A stretch of 64,000 bases of DNA. It comes from Macrostomum lignano. Lineage: Eukaryota. The stretch covers positions 124,001 to 188,000 of the forward strand of contig NIVC01001018.1 in assembly GCA_002269645.1 (NCBI GenBank). Direction: 5' to 3'. The notes under the pieces are model-generated. The model was not told the DNA's origin. It did no database searches and saw only the letters and a program-made list of their open reading frames with translations. The stretch's first letter is position 1. The number at the start of each line of letters is the position of its first letter. A program made the position numbers and the translations under genes. Below, piece after piece: positions 12,126 to 25,383 of this stretch.

Positions 12126-13574
12126 AATGTCTAATATAATATTTTCTCTCAGAATATCAAATTGTCTAATCTACTAACAGAGAATTTCAAAATCGCTAAA
12201 TCTATTCGTGCAGTTTCAACATTAGCAATTTGCTTCGCATGCATAGGAAATGCCAACTGTATAATATTCGAACAGTTCATGCATTCAGGCCTAGCGGAAG
12301 TCCACCGCTGAACTAACAACCCCATATAGCCAGTGTTACCATAGTAGTGCAAGGCGGCTCGCAGGCGCGACAGCAGGTGGCACCTTGATAATTGAATTCT
12401 TTGATACAGCTGAGGCGCATCTCTGCAGACTCCCTGATGACGCCAATCACTGAAGATCGGATCGGACAGCGCGCAAACTTACGCTGCGCCGAGTCCTGAG
12501 CACACACAAGCCACAAATGAATGTGGCCGGTGTTACACTTTAGACTATCCGGGGTTTTTTGTCTGGCCCGGATATCCGAACGCACTTACGATGTCCGCCT
12601 GGGTACTGCCAAGCAAAAAACCTGCTTTGTTTTCTCCTTCCCGGATATCTCGAGCTGCTTTGCATTGTCCGAGCACTTTGAGATGTCTCTCCCGGACATC
12701 CTACGGCACTGACTCTGCTATCCGGCCCGGAGATCACAAGAAGGGAAGTTGTCTCAGGACATCCGACTGTAGGTTGAAAGAGAGGGGTCAGCCTGCGGAG
12801 ACAGAGCTGTTTGCTTTAGGACATCCGGCTACTGATATCCGGGGCTAGAGAAATAGCAAAATTTCGAAATCAATTTCCGCAAAGTAGAAAAAACTTGCTA
12901 CTTTTTTCAATTGGCAAACATCTTTTTGCATTTCACACACTCCAAACAGAAGTAAAATTAAAGCTATTGATACTATACATTGTCAACCGAAAAAAACTGT
13001 TACTTGATTCACCAATCTACATGTAATTCGATCAATCAAAACAGGCGATCCGCTGAATGAAGCGTGAAGTTTTTGCTCTTTTGTCTGATTTTTCTTTTTA
13101 GATCATCTCTCTCTCGTACTGGAATTTTCCGGCAGCTCAACATACAGCTCGTCGTTCAAAACAAACATTTGTAAAAACACTTGGTTCAGCGATACTTTAG
13201 CCATCGAGAGATGATAAATTTTCCTAAACGATTTAACGATTTCCTTTCTTGGAACTTCGACAAGAAATAAACTCTATATATCTTAAAAGTTACGTTAATA
13301 TACTCGTAATTTGCGCAACACTTTCCTTTGTCGGCTATTAGCTCGTACACTGATCTTCATTGCACGTACGCTTGTAGTGCTAGCAATGTGACGCCAGTCC
13401 ATTATCGATTTTTTCTTAAACTGCACCTCATTTGCCCCTCCACTGTCTAAGGTGCAGTCAGGGCCCTTCCTGGCCTCTGAGTCAGCCCCGTTCTCTCGAA
13501 ATGATGTCCTGCCCCATTCATGCGCTTTCTCAGGTAAATAACTTGACCACCTTGCCACCCAAATCTTAATTTAT

Positions 13575-13810
13575 TCACCCCGGACAATTTAAGACCCCGG
13601 ATATTTCAAAGCCCGATTTTGTTGTGCCTTGGATTATCCAGGGTAGGTTATCGCAAAGCGACAATAATTTTGCTTTGCGATGTCCCCCGGATAAATTAAG
13701 ACCCCGGTGAACAGAAAGCCTAACAGGCCGGACACGCGGAATCGAACCCGGGACCGTGGAGCGAGAGTCGGTCGTACGCGTTCATCGCTAAGACAATCAT
13801 GCGACTGCAT
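13575..13810 (-). mobile_element. tRNA-derived SINE-like or degenerate tRNA(Glu-like) head with a structured body
   Basis: The minus strand contains CTCTCGCTCCACGGTCCCGGGTTCGATTCC (B box; resembles the 3' half of tRNA-Glu) but has no clean acceptor stem. Adjacent perfect 10-bp hairpin ATCGCAAAGC/GCTTTGCGAT at 13650-13681. Confidence 0.4.
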
Positions 13811-15077
13811 CTCGGACACAAGGCTCTGCTTGCTTCATCTGCAATAGGAGAGTTCAGAATCCGAGCCGTTATACATGTAGTGCTTTAAAAACCCAAACTT
13901 CCTAACTTCCCTATAATGCATTTGTGGCGAAACAGAAGTTGCTGAAACAGAAAAGATCGGCTTTGAACAGCTGGAACCGCTGCGAAAAAATAAATTGGAG
14001 ACATGCAGTTCTCAAATCATCCTGGCCTGATGTAACTTAAATGGAACCGTATCCTTGTGGTCTAGCGCGGCGCTTCTGATGTGCCAGCGGCCCAGGCTCG
14101 ATTCCAAGAAGGATCGCTTTCATATCTCTGACAGCACACTAGTTCCTGACCCCAACCATTGAGGGCCAACCCCCCCCCCGAGTCGGCGGAATGGGCAGTA
14201 ATGCCTCTCGCCGGTTGTGTGACAAAGATACCTTCAATAAAAATGTATCTAAAATGCACGCGGCTGGTTGAATTTGATCCGTTTCGAAAGCCTAAGAGAA
14301 ATCGAATCTAAAAAATACAGCTTTTTGACTCAGTAGAATCTTCAGCTTGAATTTGGAGAGCGCCCTGCCCTGGTTGAGTGCTCTTCGCCATCTTCTTTTT
14401 AGCTCTGCAAGGCCTACTGGAACAATTAAAAGGCTACAAGCAGCTCGAGTATGCGTTTGAAACGGAAGCCCATGAAGCTACATGATGTATACTCGTAGTA
14501 TTGCTTGGATGAAAGAATTGGCATCTATCTCCAGATTATCTCCCTCTGGGGGCATGAGTATGCTGAGGACAGAACAGACCTAGAGAGCGGGGTGGATGGC
14601 AGTTTTGCTGTCATACTCGTAATTGACCTGGCATTGACCCGATCATGCATGCATGTGGATGGGGGGGTAGAGGGAAATCGGGCAGTTTAAGCCCAGGGGA
14701 GCTGGCATTGTCTACTCGGCCTAGCAACAGAGTATTTACCTTGTAAAGCTTCGAAGATTAGCCCCGTGCAGCTGCAGGCCAAGACAGCTCATAATTAAGT
14801 TTGCCTGAGCAAAATCTGATGCAGTATGCCTATGTAAGGATTTCGGTGAGACCTTTGCTTTCTACGGCTCTATAGTGCAGTCCTTCCTTGTCAACGGCAC
14901 TGCTCTAGGTAAAAACACAGTGATTATATAAACACTACTCAGGGCGCTGCAGTTCCCGCTCCTGACCTTGTCCTCTAATTAGACGTGTATTTAGGAGTTT
15001 AGTACGTCGTAGTACATTTAGAATCAAAGTCAACAGATACCTGCGTTTCGGAAAGAAAACGCAACGATTCAACAATA

Positions 15078-15703
15078 CCCGCTGTGCATGATGCAATGAG
15101 TGGGTGGGGGACTGGGTCCCGCTGTGCTTGATGCACTGAGTGGGTGGGGGCCTGGGGGCCGCTGTGCATGATGCACTGAGTGGGTGGGGGCCTGGGGGCC
15201 GCTGTGCATGATGCACTGAGTGGGTGGGGGACTGGGTCCCGCTGTGCATGATGCACTGAGTGGGTGGGGGCCTGGGGGTTGCTGTGCATGATGCACTGAC
15301 TGGGTGGGGGCCTGGGGGCCGCTGTGCTTGATGCACTGAGTGGATGGGGGCCTGGGGGTTGCTGTGCATGATGCACTGAGTGGATGGGGGCCTGGGGGTT
15401 GCTGTGCATGATGCACTGACTGGGTGGGGGCCTGGGGGCCGCTGTGCTTGATGCACTGAGTGGATGGGGGCCTGGGGGTTGCTGTGCATGATGCACTGAG
15501 TGGGTGGGGGATGGGTCCCGCTGTGCATGATGCACTGACTGGGTGGGGGATGGGTCCCGCTGTGCATGATGCACTGACTGGGTGGGGGACTGGGTCCCGC
15601 TGTGCATGATGCACTGAGTGGGTGGGGGACTGGGTCCCGCTGTGCATGATGCACTGACTGGGTGGGGGACTGGGTCCCGCTGTGCTTGATGCACTGACTG
15701 GGT
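15078..15703 (-). repeat. 40-bp minisatellite, left arm of an inverted pair
   Basis: CCCGCTGTGCATGATGCACTGAGTGGGTGGGGGACTGGGT units. Confidence 0.95.
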
Positions 15704-16324
15704 AATAACATTCATGCGGGCTGTTTACCGCAGCAAATTGGCCTATTGCTATGCAGGAGTTTCGGCTGATGCAAATGTCTTTGCGGCTGCCCCCGTTCCT
15801 GCAGCCAGCCAATCAGGATGGACTTGGCCCATGGGCAGCGGCTAGGGGCAGGGGCTCTGGCCGCGGAGCTCAAGGCTTCAGAAAAGCAACAAAACAAGCG
15901 AGCCCAATGGCATGCAGGATCTGCTCAAGTGTATAGCCAGAACCCAGTAATCGAAGTATTAAGAATAGTTGCAGGAAACAGAAGCACTCAGAGTCTGCCT
16001 CCACCCCTCCCTCAACTGATTCCTAGCTGTCTGAAGCAGAGCCTTCACTTAACGATGCGCTGCTAGCCTTTTCCTAACGATTGACTTGAGCCCCCGAGGC
16101 AGCTGGAACTGACTCGCACATTTCTGCCCCGCCTGTCTGCTCTAATCTGCCGGCGCTGACAACTTGTCCTGCACTGCCAGACCCCCAACCCTCCTCACAG
16201 TTTCGGCGGCACGAGAACGGTCGAGGAACAAACGTGATTTTTTCTCATCTTGTCGTCAAAGGGTGAGCGAGGCTGCCGCCTGGGTTAAAGGGCGGTTTTG
16301 AGCTTCTATAGGGACTGGTTGGGA

Positions 16325-16630
16325 CTGAGGAGTGAGATTAGTGCGAGACTGAGGAGTGAGATTAGTGCGAGACTGAGGAGTGAGATTAGTGCGAGACTGA
16401 GTAGTGAGATAGTGTGAGACTGAGGAGGGAGATAGTGTGAGACTGAGGAGGGAGATAGTGTGAGAATGAGGAGGGAGATAAGTGCGAGACTGAGGAGGGA
16501 GATAAGTGCGAGACTGAGGAGGGAGATTAGTGCGAGACTGAGGAGGGAGATTAGTGCGAGACTGAGGAGGGAGATACTGTGAGACTGAGGAGTGAGATTA
16601 GTGCGAGACTGAGGAGGGAGATAGCGGGGA
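16325..16630. repeat. ~24-bp minisatellite (GACTGAGGAGTGAGATTAGTGCGA)
   Basis: Seen directly. Confidence 0.92.
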
Positions 16631-17148
16631 GACAGAGGGGGGGGGAGAAACTCCCAAGTGAATCTGCAAAAAGATTTAACCAGATTTATTCAAACCGACA
16701 TTGCACAAGATTCATGTTTCAAAGCCGACCAAGTTTAGCTTAGAAAGCCCCGATTCAAAGCAGTCCATAGAATGCAATGGTGACAAATGATTGACGCAAA
16801 GCAAATTTTAGAAAAGCTGAAAAGTTTTTGTTAAAGAGTGAACGAATTCGCTAAGCCAACGTCTTGCTCAGAACTCTCAGCAAAGATTTAATGTTGGATG
16901 GACAGAATGGTTTGGGGACGTTGGTGGGGCTGAGAAAACTTAAAAAATTTCGCCGCCTTTGCTGCAATCCTGTCAAGGAATTAATTAATCATTTTCTAAC
17001 TTCCTAATTTGGTTTTTTAAGAGTGTACATGGTCTCTTTGCTCAAAGCATGTCTCGTAAGAAATATCAGAATCAAATACCATGCTCTGTTCGCAAGACTT
17101 CACTTAATCACGGATTACCTGCCGCTCAGTAGCTTGATAAGTCTTCTA

Positions 17149-17659
17149 ATCATGCACAGCGGGACCCAGTCCCCCACCCAGTCAGTGCATCATGCACAGC
17201 GGGACCCAGTCCCCCACCCACTCATTGCATCATGCACAGTGGGACCCAGTCAGTGCATCATGCACAGCGGGACCCAGTCACCCACCCAGTCAGTGCATCA
17301 TGCACAGCGGGACCCAGTCCCCCACCCACTCAGTGCATCAAGCACAGCGGGACCCAGTCCCCCACCCAGTCAGTGCATCATGCACAGCGGGACCCAGTCA
17401 CCCACCCAGTCAGTGCATCATGCACAGCGGGACCCAGTCACCCACCCAGTCAGTGCATCATGCACAGCGGGACCCAGTCCCCCACCCACTCATTGCATCA
17501 TGCACAGTGGGACCCAGTCAGTGCATCATGCACAGCGGGACCCAGTCCCCCACCCACTCAGTGCATCAAGCACAGCGGGACCCAGTCCCCCACCCACTCA
17601 GTGCATCATGCACAGCGGCCCCCAGGCCCCCACCCGCTCAGTGCATCAAGCACAGCGGG
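17149..17659 (+). repeat. 40-bp minisatellite, right arm (reverse complement of 15078-15703)
   Basis: CAGTGCATCATGCACAGCGGGACCCAGTCCCCCACCCACT units. Confidence 0.95.
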
Positions 17660-18199
17660 AACACACCAATGCCATATCCCAGAAGGCAAGCAAGCGACAG
17701 CCCCACTCTCTCCAACACAAATCGGAAATCATATCCTGGAACTATGGAACTTCACGCAGTGTATTCCAAGCACTTCACTGAAGCGCCTTATCAGTAACTC
17801 TAGCTCACTTAAGCCCTTAGTGTTTTTACTTCAGTTCTGTGAGTTGGTGAGCTGGTATCTGAGTGTGTGAACAACCACTTTTGGCACCCAATTTCCTAAA
17901 AAATCACTCAGAAGTCTAATGCAGTCTAAACTCTGGGGATTGGCTATACTGCACAGCATAATATGAACTAAGGTATCAGTTTCTTCGTCTCATTAACTTT
18001 CTGTAACTTAATCTCCAATGATTTTCACTGCAATGAGTAGGGTAATCTAGTGCACAAGATTAGGGACTTAGGGGTTACCAAAAATAATAATTATTATTGA
18101 TTACACCTTTCCTAATGGTCAGAGGTGCAACCGACAGCTCAGCCGCAGCTATAGGGCTATTAGGGGTTACAACAGAGTATAGAGTAGTTTTAAGTTCTT

Positions 18200-18480
18200 T
18201 AGAGTAGAATACTCAGGACAGAGTAGAGCACTCAGGACAGAGTAGAGTACTCAGGAAAGAGTAGAGCACTCAGGACAGAGTAGAGTACTCAGGAAAGAGT
18301 AGAGCACTCAGGACAGAGTAGAGTACTCAGGAAAGAGTAGAGCACTCAGGACAGAGTAGAGTACTCAGGAAAGAGTAGAGCACTCAGGACAGAGTAGAGT
18401 ACTCAGGAAAGAGTAGAGTACTCAGGAAAAGAGTAGAGTACTCATGAAAGAGTAGAGTACTCAGGACAGAGTAGATTAAA
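18200..18480. repeat. 19-bp minisatellite (CTCAGGAAAGAGTAGAGTA)
   Basis: Seen directly. Confidence 0.93.
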
Positions 18481-19004
18481 GTGCACAGAAGAGAGAATTC
18501 TAACTATAAGACTCTTGACCAGAAATTAGTTCTCTTATTAAAGAACATTTCAATGGAAAGTGGCACTAAATGGCCAGGAAATTCAATCTGCTTGCTCTTT
18601 TATCGGCCTGGAGAATTTGATAGCTTAACAAAAAATAAGAATTAAAGCAGCTTCGAAAAAGTAACTTGCTGAAGCCGCTGAAGCAAAACCAAATGGAGAA
18701 TTCGCGTGACAGTCCGGGTGCTGGCCGCATGATTGATTCGGAGTGAGAGAGAAGCGAGATGGAGTGAGTTGTCTGGGGGAGGGGTCGCCTGACAGATGGC
18801 AAGTCTACAGGAGAATTTTCTTTTTACTGGCTCACTGCCCACCTTCTGCGGCCTCGATTCTTCTATCGCTTATGGTATTGCAGTGAAATTCAAAGTATTC
18901 AGTTCACTAGGTGGACAAGAGTGGTGTAGACTTGTGTCTTTTCTACTTTACTCTGTTCTATTCTACAGTAGAATAGAAGTAGAGCAGATTTAATATAGAG
19001 GGTT

Positions 19005-19560
19005 GTAGAGTAGAGTAGAGTAGAGTAGAGTAGATTAGAGTACAGTAGACTTGAGTAGAGTAGAAGTAGAGTAGTCTAGAGTAGAGTAGAGTGAAGTGGA
19101 CTAGACTAAAGTAGAGTAGAATAGAGTAGAGTCGAGTCGAGTCGAGTTAACTGGTGTAGAGTAGAGCAGGGTAGAGTGGAATGGACTATACTAGACTAGA
19201 GCAGAGTAGAGTAGAGTAGAGTAGAGTAGAGCAGAGTAGAGTAGAGTAGAGTAGAGTAGAGCAGAGTAGAGTAGAGTAGAGTAGAGCAGAGCAGAGTAGA
19301 GCAGAGTAGAGTAGAATAGAGTAGAGTAGAGCAGAGTAGACTAGAGTAGACTAGAGTAGAGTAGAGTAGAGCAGAGTAGAGCAGAGTAGAGTAGAGCAGA
19401 GTAGACTAGAGTAGACTAGAGTAGAGTAGAGTAGAGCAGAGTAGAGCAGAGTAGAGTAGAGTAGAGTAGAGTAGAGCAGAGTAGACTAGAGTAGACTAGA
19501 GTAGAGTAGAGTAGAGTAGAGTAGAGTAGAGTAGAGTAGAGTAGAGCAGAGTAGACCAGG
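19005..19560. repeat. (AGAGT)n pentanucleotide satellite
   Basis: Seen directly, with AGAGC/AGACT variants. Confidence 0.94.
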
Positions 19561-20989
19561 ACACAGCAGTACAATCGCGTACTTTTATCCGAGTTTTACC
19601 CTTATTCTGCATTTTTCATTATCTATCTGTCAATCATATCCTGTAGCTGACCTCGATCAGTTCTTTTTTACTGGCACCGAAGGACTACGAGATTATTAAA
19701 GGCGCATGATGATATTGCATCACAGGAGAGGAGAGAGCGGACATGCAGGTAGGCAGAAGTAAGATGCGTGCTGAGAGCCGAGCTTATCCCGAGTCATGAG
19801 CCGAAGCCTCTCATTAAAAGAACCCGCGTTCTTGTGTTCTCCAAGGTCTCCCGATTTCCCCCATGTCCTCGTCTGGCACTTCATTTTTCCGAAATCGTTC
19901 AAAACTCTTCATTCCTCTCTGTGTCCCTTTGACCTGGCCTCAACTGCCACTCCTGTCCTGGAGAGTAGGGTGCAGGCGCAGCGCTGAGCAGGATCAAATT
20001 TCGGTCGAATCCGAATTTCGAAGCATCGAGCACGGCTCACCCGATACAGTTCAAGCGGCAGCAATGCCAAATTTTTACACACGGCTGGATCGAGCAGGGC
20101 AAGAGACGGAATTTTTCATTCTTTTTTAACTGCATAGTGCCACCGATTCTGCTGTACACTGGCACGCACTCATGTACACGCCACACCCTCACACAGGCTG
20201 TACACACAGGTTGGCACTCATGGATGTGAATCGAACGACAACCCCCCCCCCCAGAGTTACACTGCAGGGCACCACCTGGAATAAGTTAGAAATACGCATT
20301 GTTACATGCAGGATAAATATGAAAATATGAAATATGAATTGCTATAGCTGGGCGGGATTGGGTGTTTGGGGATCTTAGTGCTCAGCCTGCAGCTTCATTA
20401 ACTCGGAGAAGCGGTCAGCCATGCGGCAGGCAGCTCATTCACACAAGTTGGCATGTTTGCTCGGGTTGGGGTATGAATATGGAGGAGCGATGAAGCTCGA
20501 CAGCTGCTGGGGCCACTGGGATGGATGCTTGGAAACACAATTACCGAGTCTGACACTTGATAAGCCAAGCGGCGTCCCTTCGATCTTGGACATCCCGTCG
20601 TGATTTCTCTGGGAAAAAAAGATGGCCCCAGGAGATGGACGGATAGATGCGGAAAGCCGGGCTCGGCTCGTTCTCGTGTCATTTTTTCTCAACTCTCGGT
20701 CAGGATTTCTGCTAAGCCCGCTGAGTCCTGAGTGACGCATCTTGCAGCTTCCTCTCGGGGATCATCGCGCATGCGAATGCGTTCGATTTTTTCCTGGGCC
20801 CGCTGCGCCTCGCGCTCGGAGGGGGGATTCTTATCTCAGATTCTGGGCCCCGATTTCCTGCGAGTTGCTTGACGACTGGCGATCGATTTTCAATCTTCCT
20901 TTCTTGTTGGCTTTCTTTGGCACTTGAGTTTCTGCTGTCATCTGATTGCACTTTGTAGTTACCTGCAGGGGACACTCTTTATGCTGAGT

Positions 20990-21690
20990 CTCAGTGCCTT
21001 ACTGCCTTACTGTCTTCGTGCCTTAGTGCCTTTAGTGCGTTAGTGTCTAAGTATCTTAGTGCCTTAGTGCATTAGTGCCTTAGTGCGTTAGTGTCTTAGT
21101 GTCTTAGTGCCTTAGTGCATTAGTGTCTTAGTGTCTTAGTGCCTTAGTGCATTAGTGTCTTAGTGTCTTAGTGCCTTACTGCCTTACTGTCTTCGTGCCT
21201 TAGTGCCTTTAGTGCGTTAGTGTCTAAGTATCTTAGTGCCTTAGTGCATTAGTGCCTTAGTGCGTTAGTGTCTTAGTGTCTTAGTGCCTTAGTGCATTAG
21301 TGTCTTAGTGTCTTAGTGCCTTAGTGCATTAGTACCTCAGTGCCTTAGTGCGTTAGTGCATTAGTACCTTAGTGCCTTAGTGCATTAGTGCGTTAGTGTC
21401 TAAGTGTGCCTTAGTGCATTAGTACCTTAGTGCCTTAGTGCGTTAGTGTCTAAGTGTGCCTTAGTGCATTAGTACCTTAGTGCCTTAGTGCGTTAGTGTC
21501 TAAGTGTGCCTTAGTGCATTAGTACCTTAGTGCCTTAGTGCGTTAGTGTCTTAGTGTCTTAGTGCCTACTGCCTTATGTCTCAGTGCCTTCGTGCCTTAG
21601 TGCATTAGTACCTTAGTGCCTTAGTGTCTCGGTGTCTTAGTGCCTTAGTGCATTAGTTTCTTAGTGCCTTAGCTTTCTAGTGTGTTAGTC
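20990..21690. repeat. 8-bp satellite (TTAGTGCC/TTAGTGTC)
   Basis: Seen directly. Confidence 0.92.
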
Positions 21691-22589
21691 CACAGGATAT
21701 ACAGTATATTCTGTTGATGTTAGCCACTAAGTGCTTCAGTTTCTGCCAGTCTGTCTGCGTGTCTGCAACGCTAAGCTTGACGCAACTGCAGTAGCACTGC
21801 TGCTTCTGTTCGATACTTCGCAGACCAAGCGCTCAGCAGCTCAGACTGGAGTTAATCCTGTCTCGTGAAGAGTTTCTTCTCCAGACTGTACCGTAAATTA
21901 TGAATGTCTGCCCGCAGTTGAGCGTCCATCATCTTGCACTTTTGTTCTGTTTCACTTTCCGGCAGCTCCGTACCGTAGTGTATAAAGTAGCTGGCAGTCT
22001 CTAGCCATGGCTCCAACTGCGCTCTGCGTGCTCTGGACCCGTCTTTCACCCCGCTTCTCCAACGGAGAAGAGAATGGCAAGAGCTGGGGAACTGGCGGCG
22101 GCCTGTTGTAAAAGAATTGAGCGAGAAGTCGCGGTTGAATGGAGCCTCCCGGCCCTCATGCCAGGCCTCCGAGTGAAGCTGGGAAATGAATTGAGCCGGG
22201 CATGCAGCGGCAACAGTTGACGGGATAAACTCTGTGTCAGCTTGCTGCACGCCTCATTTGCCCAGTGTCCCGCGAATCCCCCCGAGGGATACTGGCAGTT
22301 AGAGAAGGGGGATTGCTGAGAGAAAGGCTGAGGGGGGGCAATCGTCAGTGACCCGAGACGGCCTCCTCTGATTATTATTACGCGATAAACTCGGCGTGAC
22401 GAACAATCCACCTAACCCTTCTACTTGTAATCAGCGTGTAATCATATTTTTGTTGTTTGGAAAAAACTGTTTTTCCTGCCCACATGACTTGATAGGGATC
22501 TCCGATTGAGAGGAGAAATTTTTGACAGAGGTGGCTCTGGCGACTATGGAGCAAGATGATCGCAGAGTCAGGTGGCTGAAGAGTGACGT

Positions 22590-22950
22590 AGCTGAAGAGT
22601 GAGGTGGCTGCGGAGTGAGGTGGCTGCGGAGTGAGGTAACTGCGGAGTGAGGTGGCTGCAGAATGAGGTGGCTGTGGAGTGAGGTGGCTGCGGAGTGAGT
22701 TGGCTGCGGAGTGAGGTGGCTGTGGAGTGAGGTGGCTGCGGAGTGAGGTGGCTGTGGAGTGAGGTAACTGCGGAGTGAGGTGGCTGCAGAATGAGGTGGC
22801 TGTGGAGTGAGGTGGCTGCGGAGTGAGGTGGCTGTGGAGTGAGGTGGCTGCGGAGTGAGGTGGCTGAGGAGTGAGGTTAACGCGGAGTGAGGTGGCCGCG
22901 GAGTGAGGTGGCCGCGGAGTGAGGTGGCCGCGAAGTGAGGTTGCTGTAGA
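22590..22950. repeat. 16-bp minisatellite (GAGTGAGGTGGCTGCG)
   Basis: Seen directly. Confidence 0.93.
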
Positions 22951-23553
22951 GTGGCTGCTCAGTTAAAACGTTGCAGTAATTATAATTTTAAATAATAACA
23001 CATGCAGCTGCTCATCTTTTTCCCTGTAAATTAGGACAGGTATTTACGGACTGTAATTAATAGTCTCCGATTCAGGAATTTAGGCGAGCTTGTCAACTGC
23101 ATTGATTATTAGTGTAATAATCCCTCTCCGAGGCGTAATTAAAGCTTCAAAGTCAGCCCCATATCAAAGCACAAAGACATTTATTAGATTCTATGCCTCT
23201 TTTTTGCTATTCTAAAGCTCACTGCCTGCGTCCAGAGTACCAGCAGCAGCTGGCCATAATTAAAAACAAACTGCGTGCAATGCTTTCTTTGCACTACCAT
23301 TTTGTCAGGCCGCCACCAGTCAAGCAGGCGCAGCTGCTGGCAGGACATGTTTCCCATTTCGTTAGTCACGCACGAGCTCATTGTTTATCAGGAAATTCGC
23401 TTCCTTCGGCTATCTCTTGCACGGAACTCTTCTTGGCTCAACAAGCAAATGATATTGCTTTTAGACTGGGGAATTCAATTTAATCCCAACTTCCTCAGTT
23501 TCTTCGTATTGTTTCTGCAGCTGCGGCTTTTTATCTGCTGTAACGGCCGTGAG

Positions 23554-24520
23554 GTTCTAGACCTATGATCTGGGAAGGGAAACACTCTGCTGTCATGCTG
23601 TTCTAGACCTATGATCTGGGAAGGGAAACACTCTGCTGTCATGCTGTTCTAGACCTATGATCTGGGAAGGGAAACACTCTGCTGTCATGCTGTTCTAGAC
23701 CTATGATCTGGGAAGGGAAACACTCTGCTGTCATGCTGTTCTAGACCTATGATCTGGGAAGGGAAACACTCTGCTGTCATGCTGTTCTAGACCTATGATC
23801 TGGGAAGGGAAACACTCTGCTGTCATGCTGCTCTAGACCTATGATCTGGGAAGGGAAACACTCTGCTGTCATGCTGTTCTAGACCTATGATCTGGGAAGG
23901 GAAACACTCTGCTGTCATGCTGTTCTAGACCTATGATCTGGGAAGGGAAAAACCCGCTGTCATGCTGTTATAGATCTAGAATCTGGGGATTGAGCTATGC
24001 TGTCATGCTGTTATAGATCTAGAATCTGGAGATTGAGCTATGCTGTCATGCTGTTATAGATCTAGAATCTGGAGATTGAGCTATGCTGTCATGCTGTTAT
24101 AGATCTAGAATCTGGAGATTGAGCTATGCTGTCATGCTGTTATAGATCTAGAATCTGGAGATTGAGCTATGCTGTCATGCTGTTATAGATCTAGAATCTG
24201 GAGATTGAGCTATGCTGTCATGCTGTTATAGATCTAGAATCTGGAGATTGAGCTATGCTGTCATGCTGTTATAGATCTAGAATCTGGAGATTGAGCTATG
24301 CTGTCATGCTGTTATAGATCTAGAATCTGGAGATTGAGCTATGCTGTCATGCTGTTATAGATCTAGAATCTGGAGATTGAGCTATGCTGTCATGCTGTTA
24401 TAGATCTAGAATCTGGAGATTGAGCTATGCTGTCATGCTGTTATAGATCTAGAATCTGGAGATTGAGCTATGCTGTCATGCTGTTATAGATCTAGAATCT
24501 GGAGATTGAGCTATGCTGTT
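23554..24520. repeat. Composite minisatellite: 46-bp unit (23554-~23960) followed by a related 43-bp unit (~23960-24520)
   Basis: Both units share GCTGTCATGCTGTT.TAGA. Confidence 0.94.
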
Positions 24521-25383
24521 CCAGAGACCCAGAAATTGGAGGCAGCCTCCCCCATTGATGATGCAGTTTGAGCTAAATCCAGCCATTGGTTGTAAGATGC
24601 TTAGGATTATCAGGGCTGCAATCGCTGTTGGTACAAGCTAGTTTGCGGAACAAGACCGATAAGCCTGCAGTTTGTTCCATATGTGCAAACGGCAGATCCC
24701 ACCACCGTTCTCCAATTAAACATCGTTCATGATAGGGACTTGAATTTTATAATGAAAAGTCACTGAAGACAGCGGAACAGACTTACATCCGTTGCTTCCA
24801 ACCTGACAACCATATTAGTTAGCAATTGGCGCAATTCAAGCGTTCTCGATACCAACCAATAAATAATGAAGAAAGATTTATGAAGCTATAAACCAGTGGA
24901 GAGAGAGAGATCGCAAAGTTGCACTGCAGATCCCCAGCTGCAGATAAATCTATTGGCCACAGCGAAGTCAGACAATCGGGTTTTTTATGATCGCTAAAGC
25001 TAAACTGCTTCTAACCCGGGGTTCCCAGCAAACCGCCAGCTTATAATCCACGGAAGCATTTCTGGTGCGTTAATAATTATTATTTATCTCATTAAGCCAT
25101 CCGGTACGCGGCGCTCCTAGCTACCCCCCTTTTTCATCATTTTTCCCCTTTTCGCCGCGCTCGTTTGATTGAAAAGCAGGGGCAGGGGGGGGGGAAGACG
25201 AGGAAAAGTGCAGATCAGCCAGCGGTTGGCGTTGATGGAAAGTTAAGACAGCATGCCACGGCGAAAGATGCTTATATATTTTGATCATTGCCATACAACT
25301 GCAGCTCCCATTTTCAAATTACAGTTTGCTAAAAGCTGCTGGAATCTATCTACTACAGCTAGCTACTGGTAATAAAAGAAGCA

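Noticed and set aside
14935-17870. His/Pro-rich ORFs on both strands
   Set aside because: Products of the 40-bp minisatellite.
20990-21690. (TTAGTG..)n as interstitial telomere
   Set aside because: 8-bp period and no true TTAGGG runs.
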